Source: Lingula anatina (lineage: Eukaryota; Animalia; Brachiopoda). From it: DNA of 64,000 bases. Position numbers and translations under genes: made by a program. The notes below the pieces were generated by a model that was given only the letters and a program-made list of their open reading frames with translations, was not told the DNA's origin and did not search any database. This document shows positions 25,412-37,173 of this stretch, in pieces. The stretch is taken from contig CM120641.1 in NCBI GenBank assembly GCA_051362555.1, positions 41,856,401-41,920,400 on the forward strand, given 5' to 3'. How positions within the stretch are numbered: position 1 is the stretch's first letter; each line of letters opens with the position of its first letter.

Positions 25412-28400
25412 ATGCACTTTCTGCAAATAATTTTAGCAATTTATGTCGTTCCATGGGCCGAGTTACAAGCAAAAAGTGTTCCAGTAAGTACCTAAAGTAG
25501 CTTAAGAAGAACGTCATATTCGCCAAGATTTAAGGAATTTCTAACAAGATATTTATCTTTATACAGTGTAATTCTTCCCTAAGTATTGAGCGTAAAAGGT
25601 ATAATTAAGAATCTATAGACAGTCTATGTGTTCGACACGAAACAGAATTTAAAAAAAGTAACAAATGTCCTTACGGTATTCATTCTGCAATTCCTGGCGT
25701 AAATTGTATGTACAGTGCTTTGTGAGAAGTTACGATTAAGATAAAATTTTCGCTTCGGTGGACCAATAAAAGTAAAAGAAATAAAAGTTTCTAAAATTTC
25801 TACGTTCTTCTAAAATTTTTATTCTCGGAATAAAAGCTCCTAAATAGATATTTGGATGTTTGGAATTTGCTTGAATGTATATTAATTATGATAGAATCTT
25901 CTTAAACTCTAATTACCGGAAAACACATATCTTTGTAAGAGTGCAGGCCCATTTTACAATATCAATTCCAGGTATCAGTGGATAGACAGTAGTTACCGGT
26001 AGAAAAACAACACATGCTGAATTAGTGACAGTTTTGTATAATAAAACATATGATAAATTATTTCAGTGGCGGCGATCAAAGAATTTCAAGAGATACCCAG
26101 TGAAAACTATCTATGAGGATCCAGATCAAATCGATCCGATAAAGCAGCTAAACAATTATTACGACGTACCCTCATACCAAAGCTGGAAACTGAATCCCAT
26201 TATTGATCCTCGGCCCCAAAGAAGGAGACACGAGTCAATACGTGGCCACAAGTCACGGGGTTCTTCTGAAAAGACCCTGTTAAGAGAGATACAAATTCAA
26301 ACATTCCTTTACCCGGGGCAGAAATTTAATTTACCTCATGCTGCTCGATTTGCAGACAATTTACATGGCATAAAATCCCGCCACATGCTCAAAGGGGTAC
26401 CCGTTCATTCTAAACACAGGTTACGGCATAACCATGTCTTTTATAGAGATAGTTTCAACAGATTTAAAGTAAAGCCGACGATTAAACACCATGGCCCCAA
26501 CCATAGGAAAAGGAAGCCCCAAGTGGTGCCCGTTCATTCTAAACATAGGTCACGGCATGACCATGTCTTTTATAGAGATAGTTTCAACAGATTTAAAGTA
26601 AAGCCGACGATTAAACACCATGGCCCCAACCATAGGAAAAGGAAGCCCCAAGGGGTGCCCGTACATTCTAAACATAGGTCACGGCATGACCATGTCTTTT
26701 ATAGAGATAGTTTCAACAGATTTAAAGTAAAGCCGACGATTAAACACCATGGCCCCAACCATAGGAAAAGGAAGCCCCAAGTGGTGCCCGTTCATTCTAA
26801 ACATAGGTCACGGCATGACCATGTCTTTTATAGAGATAGTTTCAACAGATTTAAAGTAAAGCCGCCGATTAAACACCATGGCCCCCATCATAGGAAAAGG
26901 AAGCCCCAGGACATACTAGTAGACGACGATTTTTTCGATTGGATGCTGAAAATCTGGGAACTAAGATATGGTAAAATTGGTAAAATTGTAAAAAATGGTA
27001 AAATTGTAAAAAAAGGTACAACTTTTAGAACATATCCAACTCCGAGTGGTGAGGTAAAATTAGTGACACAGAAACCTGCTGAGACCACACCGTCAAATGT
27101 GAACGGCCTACAAGTTACAGCGAGTAATGAAATGCCTGCAATGCAGCAAACAGTGGTTTCTGCAACTGCCACAAATGATGGGGCTTTGGGACAGTATGTC
27201 AATCCTACACCACGTATGACGGTGCTTTCACGGAAGACAGTACCCAGTTCCTTAAATATGGTCACTAAACAGCCTTTGGATTTAGGATCTCTTAGTCAGT
27301 TTCAAACCGTAACACCTACGCTTATCATCGAAACAAGTCCACAAATAAATGCAGCAGCATCTCACCTCAAAAACGATGTAGTTTTCAGAAAAACGGGTCT
27401 TCCGACCCCCTATCCCACCACAAATATAAGGGCAACCTCCAGTACAGAAACTTCTATAAAGCATGCTGCTCCGCAAAAAGATGGGTCTGTCACAACTGGA
27501 GAAAAAAGTAATGCAACTGTCATAAGCAAGGCCACACATCTCCCTTCCGTCAGAAATGTGGCACCTACCGGCACCGCGAGCATGGTTCCACAAGGTAGGA
27601 CCAAGACAGTGGGACAAAGAGTAAGTGCTCTACCAGTGCCTACCGGCACCGCGAGCATGGTTGCACAAGGTAGGACCAAGACAGTGGGACAAAGAGTAAG
27701 TGCTCTACCAGTGCCTACCGGCACCGCGAGCATGGTTCCACAAGGTAGGACCAAGCCAGTGAGACAAAGTGTAAGTGCTCTACCAGTGCCTATCACCACC
27801 GTGAAAACGCTTCCTGCACAACATACATCTGCGTCGAAATCGCTTCCCCAACGTACGACTTCCAGCCCTTTTGATAACAGTACAAGTTCAACGAATGCCA
27901 CTGTCATTGGCCAAGGTCAAGCTAAAAAGATTCCCGTCACAAATCCCGCCAAGACAAAAGATAAACCGACGGCACCAATTAAACAACAGTCTACAGAGAC
28001 ACCTTTTACCTCAACGAGTTCCATGACGACTCCCAAGTTACGCAATAAGCCAACCCCTTTTAGTAACAAAGTGGAAAGCCAAACTCCTGGCCATGGCACA
28101 AATCAGGGTGTTGCCGTCAATACTGTTCAAAACAGTTATGCACCATCGCAAACGCCTGGGGATCTCATAACGTCGACACCCGTTCTTAATACAAATCACA
28201 AGACGCCAGTCACTTTGCACAAAAATACAACTCCACCAAGCATCAAGAAGACAAGTCAAGCTCATAGCAAAGTAAACCAAAACAAAACGTCCCAGGCGCC
28301 TACAACGCTACGCGAGCAGACGACAGTGCCTTCCTCAATTACGCCTCGACCTCCTTCCAATTCCAAAAAAGATCAAAAACAAAAGAAGGGTATGACATTA

Positions 28401-28923
28401 TATTCTTCACACGTTTTTACTAAATATTCTCTTGATTTTTATATAAGGAATAAGTTAAAAGAAAATTCTTAAGTTATTTGCTTTGTAAAATCATGAAACC
28501 AAACACTTGGTGCATGGGCATATACTACATGTATGACAATGCCGTAGCTCTTTTCCGTATCATGCCTACAATATATATAATTTAAAAAATTGCTTGTCTT
28601 CAACGTGCACGTGTATGTATGAATTTAGATACCTGAAATACTTTTCTCATTTTCATAGATGATTTGGCTTCCTCAGCTGAACGTCAACAACGTAACGCCG
28701 CTGATGACCGAGAGACATTTGGCGCTCCGAAAACCCTTGATGGGCCAATTGCGTCGGACAAGATGGTTGCGAATCCAACTGATAACAGTAGTGATGAACT
28801 GCGGGTGTATGAAGAAGTAGGTCGAAATGATGGTAGGTACATCTTTATTGTAAATAGGAATTTCTGATATTTAGTCTTTGGTTAATTTCCACTAACGAAG
28901 TGATGATATTCTCTTTCAAAGCA

Positions 28924-28975
<52 letters not shown>

Positions 28976-28988
28976 GCTGTTGCTGCTC

Positions 28989-29044
<56 letters not shown>

Positions 29045-29306
29045 ACTTAAGTAAGTTATTAAACTAAAAGTTTTGGGCTGGGATGTTCGTTTAGGCCTAT
29101 ACGCGTTTAGGATCAGAATCGGTTATCTGTACATCTTGCTTTCAACTGTAGGTTACGGGCCCTGGAGTGTGTGGGGCCCGTGTAACAAGACATGTGGTCT
29201 GGGCAGGAAGCAGAGGTCTAGGTCTTGTTATCCCAGCAGGGGGCGCTGTACTGACGGGAACATCGAGTTATCTTTCTGTGCTCAAGCCAGATGCGACCGT
29301 AAATAA
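25412..29306 (+). CDS. secreted His/Lys/Arg-repeat, mucin-like protein with C-terminal thrombospondin type-1 domain (~907 aa)
   Basis: Exons 25412-25483 (MHFLQIILAIYVVPWAELQAKSVP, signal peptide-like, CCA|gtaagt), 26067-28389, 28659-28832, 29152-29306; phases 0,1,1 all match. Last exon YGPWSVWGPCNKTCGLGRKQRSRSC...C...C...C is a TSP1 repeat. AATAAA follows near 29358; a further exon via C|gtaaat at 29298 cannot be excluded. Confidence 0.85.
26394..26909 (+). repeat. coding tandem repeat, 4 x 129 bp (43 aa)
   Basis: Near-identical units [G/V]VPVHSKHRSRHDHVFYRDSFNRFKVKPTIKHHGPNHRKRKPQ; cccgt(t/a)cattc recurs at 26400, 26529, 26658, 26787. Confidence 0.97.
27564..27788 (+). repeat. coding tandem repeat, 3 x 75 bp (25 aa)
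   Basis: PTGTASMVPQGRTKTVGQRVSALPV units starting 27564, 27639, 27714. Confidence 0.95.
28926..29041. repeat. interrupted (ATT)n microsatellite
   Basis: Direct reading; lies in intron 3 of the secreted repeat protein gene. Confidence 0.95.
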
Positions 29307-32300
29307 CAGACGGGAACAATGAATGCGACGCTATTGAACGTATCATACTTTTTAAAAAAATAAACTCTTCATTTTATTATTGAATTTTTTATTCAAATAA
29401 TAAAAAAAATAGCAAATAAGGAAATAATGATGTAAATATTGTGTGGTTTAAAGGGAAAGTGGTTTACATTTTTGATACATGCATTTGAATTAATTAGGCA
29501 ACATAAAAACAGTTTTCCCAGTAAATTTTTTTAATATTCTTGAGAAATTCATCGATCATTTACGAAGCACTTTGTCCAATCGACCGGGACTGACAGAAAA
29601 TAAATGCCATGCGTTTTCTGCAAAAGATGTGTTTTGACTTTTTTTTTTTTTTTTTTTTTTTGGGGGGGGGGGGGGGACTTTTGCCTGGTTGAAAGAAGTT
29701 CAGCAGGTTTCATTCCTTCCCACTGTATGGAGCTGGTCGAGACCTTCCTTAAACTATGGAAGGATAACTGCTTATACAAGGTCTGTTACTACGCCGGATA
29801 TCATTTTCTTCATATTTTCTTGAAAAATTGAAATCCGTCTTTGACGGTTCGGTCTTTACTACTGCTACTGAATCAACATTTTAATACCTAAATCCTGAAA
29901 TAAATATTTCTTTTGCACAGAACCTAAAAACATAAGGAGGTAATGACAATAGTTGAAAGCTGCCCAAGCACTGGATTTTTCTATAACATGTATGATTTTT
30001 CTATAACATAAATTTCACGTCTTCCAATGCTTATTTCTAGCAGAATATTTAACCTGGTTACAAATGATATTCAGAGTACATATCTGATTCCTTCGTGTAT
30101 TTGACTGTGATCTCAATACGGATACAGGTTTCTGATAATTTCACACTTTATACTTCTAAATTTATAAGCTATTTTGTATTTAATTTAAAAAGGCAAAAGA
30201 ATATATTTCACGTCGAGTAGAATATAGATGCTGAAATTTTGGTATATATCATATAACTTTTACTCCTGTATCTTTTAAACAAGAATGCGCATTTATTCAG
30301 GCAAATGGTTGGTCGCAAAAGTCAAAAGAAAATATCCAAATAATAATACACAGAGCTCAAAAATTGACTTAATGTTTATTAATACAGCAGATGGTGCGAT
30401 AGTTGATATACTTTATAAACAATCCTACTCGAGTTCCTTGAAGCATTTTCATTTGTCTCGGGAGGAGCAAATTTTGTTTGATGAATGTTAGTCTATAACA
30501 AAGACATTAAATTTGATTTGTTACAGATTTGTTTAGGTGCCCCATTACGTACTGTGGATCAGTGTACATGTAACAGTATCTGATTTACAGAACATCTTGG
30601 TAATAAACGGCAGAGTCTACTACATCATGGAAGTATATACATGTACTTTCATGACTACATGTACTGCTCAACCTCTTCAACAATATTTCGAATTAAAATA
30701 AGCTTCTGGCTTTTAATAATTTTCATATACAAGCTATGTCAAATTCAAAGCACACTGCAAAAGTATGTACACTAAATACTATTTATTAATCTAATCAAAA
30801 CCCTAACATACCACATTATTGAGTTAAGCACAGGCGTAATTCCTTTGCACTTTTGTATGCTTTCATGGGAGATATTACTCACAAGACATGTTTTGCTTCG
30901 ACGTTGAATGCAACTTTTGCGCCTTCACCACACCTATTCTGAGTCCTCTTCTTACAGCGCCCATCTGTCAAATGACTATCCTGGAAGACAGCTCGCACTG
31001 CGCTAAACGCCTTATTGTTATGTAAATCACAACAGCTATGGCGCATTGTAATTAAATCTCTGACCACAAGGGCGCGCTAGTGGTCCGTTTCAAAATTATT
31101 GTATGGCTCATACTTAAATTTTATATACTATTTTAGAAGCTCCTGATATCAGCGGGCATTTTTATATTAGAAGTTGCTGTCGAGTTGTTGTTCAAATCAT
31201 TATCTCACGAAAGGCAAACCTATCATTTAGTCTGCAACTGTCTAAATTCTTAAATCAATTTTGTCAACTTTTTTGACAGCATTTCAATATGTAAATTATT
31301 TTAATAATAATAACTTGATTTAACAGCGAGCCCCTTGCTTACTTTTATTACAAAGTGGATATTTTAAGTTTCTTTTTTATTTTCACTTCCAAATGTTATT
31401 TTCCTTGCGATCAAATAAATTTATATACAAGAACTTCCACGTTATGCTTATACGTGATTGATAACATGTGCCCATAAAATTAAGCGCAGGTGCCCGGCTT
31501 ACTCTAGGAAGAATAAAACGATGTACTGAAGCCCCGATTTGGTGAAACATGACAGAAGAAAGCTCAGCAGCTGTGCTATATTATATGGGCAAATTTGAGT
31601 CGAAGTAAGCTACGATAATATGTAGTTACTCAGAGCACATGATAACTGTACTGTGTGTATAAAAGAGACAAAATTCCAGAATTACCAATGTACGTACTCA
31701 ACTTGCTTCTGTCTTGGAAGCTCAACCCCTTTGTACTAGCAGTTTTGATGCTTGGTAGATATGACAAGTAAAGAAGTGAGGGAAGTCATGGATTATTACT
31801 TCCAAAAGTGAAATACTGACAAAACACCTAACACTTCAGCACACAATACGACACTTTCACACGCACAAACATCAATGAAAACTCAAGAGAGAATTGCTGT
31901 CTTGTCATTTTATTTTCCTAGCCCTGAAAAGCACAATAATCATTTCTCACCTAATCATCTACATTTAGTGAACAGATCTGAAAAAATTCTCAGCTGATAC
32001 ATAGCCCCCTTACTAGTACATTATAATGTAAGAAATGAAAATGCTTTTCATAAAAGCATACTCAATAACAAATATAATCTTCATTTTAACTGGTAATATT
32101 TCTTTCGTAATAATTGATTTAAAACAAACATTACTTTTATTATCCTAATTATCAATTATCTTAATAATGTTGTCAAACAAATTTCAAAAGAACTGTTTAT
32201 CTTCACCATGTGCCATATTCAAACATTATTTGTTGAGTATCTTACCAAGATTGAATTTCGTCTCCCATTCAATCTTAACTTGGGGCAAACCTTATCGACT

Positions 32301-33276
32301 ACTTAAGTTATATACTGGTATATATCACATTCACAATAATATGTAACTGATATCACATTCAATGATTCAAGTGTGGTTATAACTATAATTATAAACAACA
32401 TCCACTGTTAAATGCCTATCATTTCATGGTTTGCACTGCTGTATTCAATACACAGTACTACAATACTGACTATACAAAGCTGTTAGCATTCTATTTAATT
32501 ATAAGCACACCAAAAAGGCTTATATATCCATCATGCACAACAGCACACTTATACAATGAAAAATTGGACATTATCAGAACACTATAGCCACATAAGGCAC
32601 AATATTGTTGCTGGACGCAATACAATGAACACAGTTGGTAATTATGTGTAATTTCACTGAAATGCAGACCTGAATAAAAATAGCTTAAAAGTTCATTTGC
32701 TCATAGCTCAAATAGCTAAGCTAATTATAGATACATTAACACAAATGACTCAACCCCAATATGCTTTACACCAATCTAGATATTTCATATGAAAACTGAA
32801 GTCCAGCACACCATTTGTGGTTTCTCAGTTCCGATTCTTGGCACACACAAAAGCTAGCTTATTATCATCGTCATCACACTTTTTATACAATGGTTGAAGC
32901 CATCTTTCACAGTTGACTAAGTCTTATCCTCAAAGTCTTACATATCAATACTGGCAATAAGGTGTACCTCATAGTTGTTACTGGACTGACATCAAGGTCT
33001 TCAATCCCATACTGATTCTACACACTGCACTGGGTGATCAATTTAATGTGCTTATTGACTTAGATGTGGTCTTACTGATCTTGTATGCACTTAGACCAAC
33101 AAATATAAGTTCTGAAACTTCCTGATAAACAGGTTTTTGTTTGCCTTGGGCAATAAAAATACTGAATTGCACTAAATGTAGCATCTTCCACATCTTCCAC
33201 CAGGTACCATATTGCCTCTTGATAATGTAGATGTCTGTTGATTTAGAATCCACTCCAACTCAGTCAGACATGGATT

Positions 33277-35667
33277 CTACGCATTAATTGTAATAAGCTG
33301 AGTATTTCTGTTCACTCTAGGCTGAGGTAGAGGCCTCTGTTGATCTAGTACGTATTGCACAGGTAATCCTAGACCTCTCCTTCCAGGGTTGTTTAAATAA
33401 AACTCTTCCACATTCACACGGTCTAGAGTTATTGCCAATCTAGGCAAAGGAGGGCGCTGTGGAGCAACAGGGGCCTGTGGGGACACCGAGATGGGCTGGA
33501 GAAGTTCCTCGGGGGTTGGTGAAGAATTTGAACTCATCTGAACAGGATGTTGGCGGGCTGCAAGAGGAAGCTGAGAACTGGAGGAAGTTGCTATGGTTTC
33601 ATTGTCATGAGTTGCACACTGAAGTTGAGTGCTGCTGGGGTTGACACAAGTATTGGCTGAAATAATATTACTGCTGGAATGGCCAGTTCCAGCAGATAAA
33701 GAATAGCTCTGAGTTCCTGCAACCAGTCCATCATCTATGGAAACACTGATTGAGGCTTCAGCAACTTCCTGAAAAATACTTTCTCCAGTAATCCCAACGT
33801 GCTGATAAGAAGATGTCGCTGTGTTGCAAGAGGATCCTATATGCAGCCGATTAAGACTCTCAGAGAGACAACTTGAGACATCGTGAACTTGTTGATTAGA
33901 ATGTGAAATTCTGTCGCTGGGCAATCTGCCTTGGAACTTAAAAGGACTTATTCTGTGTAGCTTGACAACAGGTTCCATAGCAGACAGTGTTGTTCTATGC
34001 AGATATTGGGTATGAAGAACAGAAGAAGGCTGCTCCCTTGGTCGGAGTAAGTTGGAATCAATTCTCGGTAGGCATACTTTTACATCTTTACATATATTTT
34101 CCAGCTTGTTGCTAGTACAAACTGATGGTACATTTTCTTGGGCGACAAGGCCAGGTGATGCTTCAAAGTCCATTGATTGGGATGGCAATTCTGTGATAGA
34201 ATTTTGGTCATCAGTTGGTCCAGTATCCGTGAAAGAAGAATATGATTTATCAATACATGTTTGAACACATGGTTGTCCTGAACCAAGTATGGATTCAAGA
34301 GAAGATGGTGTGGTCCTAAACACAGAAGGGTGGCTCATGTCTAATTTTGGAATGCTGATCCTTAAAGGTTTGCACATGTTGAGTGGGTTTGAAGACATTG
34401 CACTTGTAGGCACCCCAATAGGAGTCCATTCGTCCAACTTGCACATGTTGAGTGGGTCTGATGATGATGATGATGCACTCGTAGACATCTCCATATTAGA
34501 CCATCTGTCTGACTCCTCATGCTCTGCTCCACAACTTTCTGGTGGTTTTTTATCAAATATTGACCTTTTTACCTCTAACCTGCTGACCTCTGGAGATACC
34601 CGTTTCTTGGTAGAAGTATCCTGTACTAAAGGGACCCCTCCATTGGTTAAATGAAGCTTTAACTTAGGTATACACAATGACATGCTCTTGCACAGAGACA
34701 GGTACTCTTCCTTTTCAGGCGGCAATGGTGTTGTCTGAAATTTTGATGATGAACTTAATCTGACCTTTACATGTTCCTCAACTGGAGAGCTTTCTTTTTT
34801 ACTTCTTACACCACTTGTGTGAGAATCTTTTGTCATTTTAACAGCATGCTGAGACAAGGCAAAGCTTAATCTATGTAATCTAACAACTGCAGTATCTGGA
34901 ATATTGAGAGGAGGTTTTCCTGGTGGTGGTTTGTTACCCTGTGACTGACCTCCGATTGATGTCTTTTTTCCATCCTGATTAACATTCACTGTCAAGATTT
35001 CAGGTATTTTATTTTGTTGAGATTTAATGTTTAAATAGGCATCGATTTTGTTCAACCTAATTATGACATCTTTGAATTTGAACTTCTGCTTGTCTTCTTC
35101 GTGGCTATATGACTTTGAACTATGGGCAGCTTGTTCTGGTGATAAAATCTGGCAGTAAAAAAAAAATGATATAATATTGCTTCAATCATGCATGCAGATA
35201 ATTATATAAAAGATAAAATCATCAATTCATTCAAGTGTCAAAAGAAAAAAATACTTAAATTCGACCTAGATACCTAGATTAGAAAGCTTAATATACATTA
35301 TAAACCATAAATCTGGTCAAGTATGCATGTAATTCACCATGCAATGTATAAGGCAGTTTTTTTGGTTCCAGTAACTTACCTGGGGCTTAGAAGATGTCAA
35401 ATGCCCAGTGATTTCTTTGTGAAGATTACTGAAGAAAGCACTGAGTTTGACCTTGTCCATTCTTCTCTTTCTAGCAGTCAGAAATCTCTTCTTTCTTGAG
35501 AAGTAAGTCTGTTGCCTCCTCTGTCTGCCATGTAAGGACCTAGGTTTCTGCCTTCTATAGGGAAGGAGTTTCTTTGGGCAGGTGTGTTTGCGTTCATGTT
35601 GTAGAAGGTGTGACCTATGTTTAAACAAAATGCCACAACGCTGGCATCTATTGACTTCTAGCTTCAT
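33277..35667 (-). CDS. C2H2 zinc-finger protein with long low-complexity Ser-rich tail (~719 aa), putative nuclear regulator
   Basis: Exon 35667-35380 (CQRCGILFKHRSHLLQHERKH = C-x2-C-x3-F-x5-L-x2-H-x3-H, then basic NLS-like stretch; CAG|gtaagt) joins in phase 0 to exon 35148-33277 (acceptor ctgccag|). An acceptor at 35669-35670 implies upstream exon(s); 36493-36378 has good splice sites but stops in all frames (likely 5' UTR). Confidence 0.8.
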
Positions 35668-36649
35668 CCTAAAAGAAAAGAAAGGAAAGTATTACCCTTT
35701 TGGTATAATCTTTTTTGACTTTCACCTCTGTGAAAGTACACAAAAGAGAAATATATGCTCTCTCTTCAAAGCATACCCAAAGTCATAGGAAAAACAGTCT
35801 TAATTGCTGCGATACAAAGAATTGTATCAAGAGCCTTTTACAAAAATAGCGGCCTTGTGCTGTGAACAGCATGTTTATACTTTCTGCCAGTCAAACAGAA
35901 GCAGGAAATTAAGAATTTAGCATATGATATTATGAGTTTCTATAATTTTTCCTCAATTTAATTCTAATCCTATTATCAGTGACTATCCTATTCATTATCC
36001 TAAGTATAAATCACTGTGTTAGAATCTAATGTGAACAGCTGCAAACATTTGCAAAATTTTCTAGAAATGGCACACAACTCTCAACACAACTCACAATATT
36101 CAAAACTGCGAATACCTGCATTGCCTATTATCTTTACACCAAGCAATTACGAAAAAATAATATGCAATTGCCTTTGATATCATAGAGGCCAAATTGCCTA
36201 AAAATGCTACCCAAAATGAACAACCATCTTTAACATGCGCCAGAAAAAATGGCAGAATACATGTATTTATGTCTAATGAGACCCAGGCCCGGCAGCCTGG
36301 GCCTGTAACATATTGCTTCATCGTACAGCATTAAAAATTAAGATTCTACCCTATTTCTGCAAACATAACATGCATACCTTGAAAATATGTAGATCTATAG
36401 CTATAAAATGTGAGTAATCTTGGGTGAAGCGCATGAAGAGGATGAGAATAACTTTAAAACTTGTTCAGTCTAACATTTTTCCACCTCTTCCGTCTGCCAA
36501 ACATAAAATAATTATAATATGAATGTAGGGGGAGCACTATCAAGCCAATCCAATACTTGTCTATAAATTAAGATTTAGTTAATATAAAACATATCTGAAA
36601 TAGTACTTGTTTTTAAAAATTAAAATATTTCATAAACTAATGTCAGCAT

Positions 36650-37140
36650 TTTTTACGATTTGTTTAGCGGAATAGTAAATAAATCGATTTGTTTACAAAT
36701 AATCTTTGATACTGTCCTATCTTGACTGCTAGCGCTGAATGAGAAAACACAGGAGAGAGAGAGAGTGAGGATACAGAAGCCATGGAAATCTCAGACGAAG
36801 ACGATGTAACTTTTCTATCCGGTAAGTAGGGTACCGTAAGTCTCAAATAATTATTCTTGGAAACATACTTCCACTTACTACTTTGAAAAGTCATTATTGC
36901 TGTGAAAACGTCCTGCCATGCACGTAAGAACTTGATAAATGAGGGCAACATTTATCGGTCCGCTGCCAATTTCAGGGAAACTCAATTTCACGGAAACATA
37001 AAGATAAAACGGATAAGAGCCGCCGTGCTTCATATTTAGGAGGTATAGTGCAAAAATAAGGAAAACACACTGCTGTGCATATTAAATTTTTATCAAGGTT
37101 TCCCGTTCGGGTGTTTACTGTAATAATAGCAAGTACGTGT
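36650..37140. promoter_or_regulatory. putative bidirectional CpG-retaining promoter region
   Basis: Local CpG-rich patch between/overlapping the 5' ends of the divergent zinc-finger and aminopeptidase genes, both of whose bodies are CpG-poor. Confidence 0.5.
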
Positions 37141-37142
37141 GT

Positions 37143-37173
<31 letters not shown>

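Noticed and set aside
26888-28280. Several long minus-strand ORFs
   Set aside because: Antisense shadows of the repetitive Thr/Pro-rich plus-strand exon.
33459-34654. Plus-strand ORFs
   Set aside because: Antisense to the zinc-finger protein's large exon.
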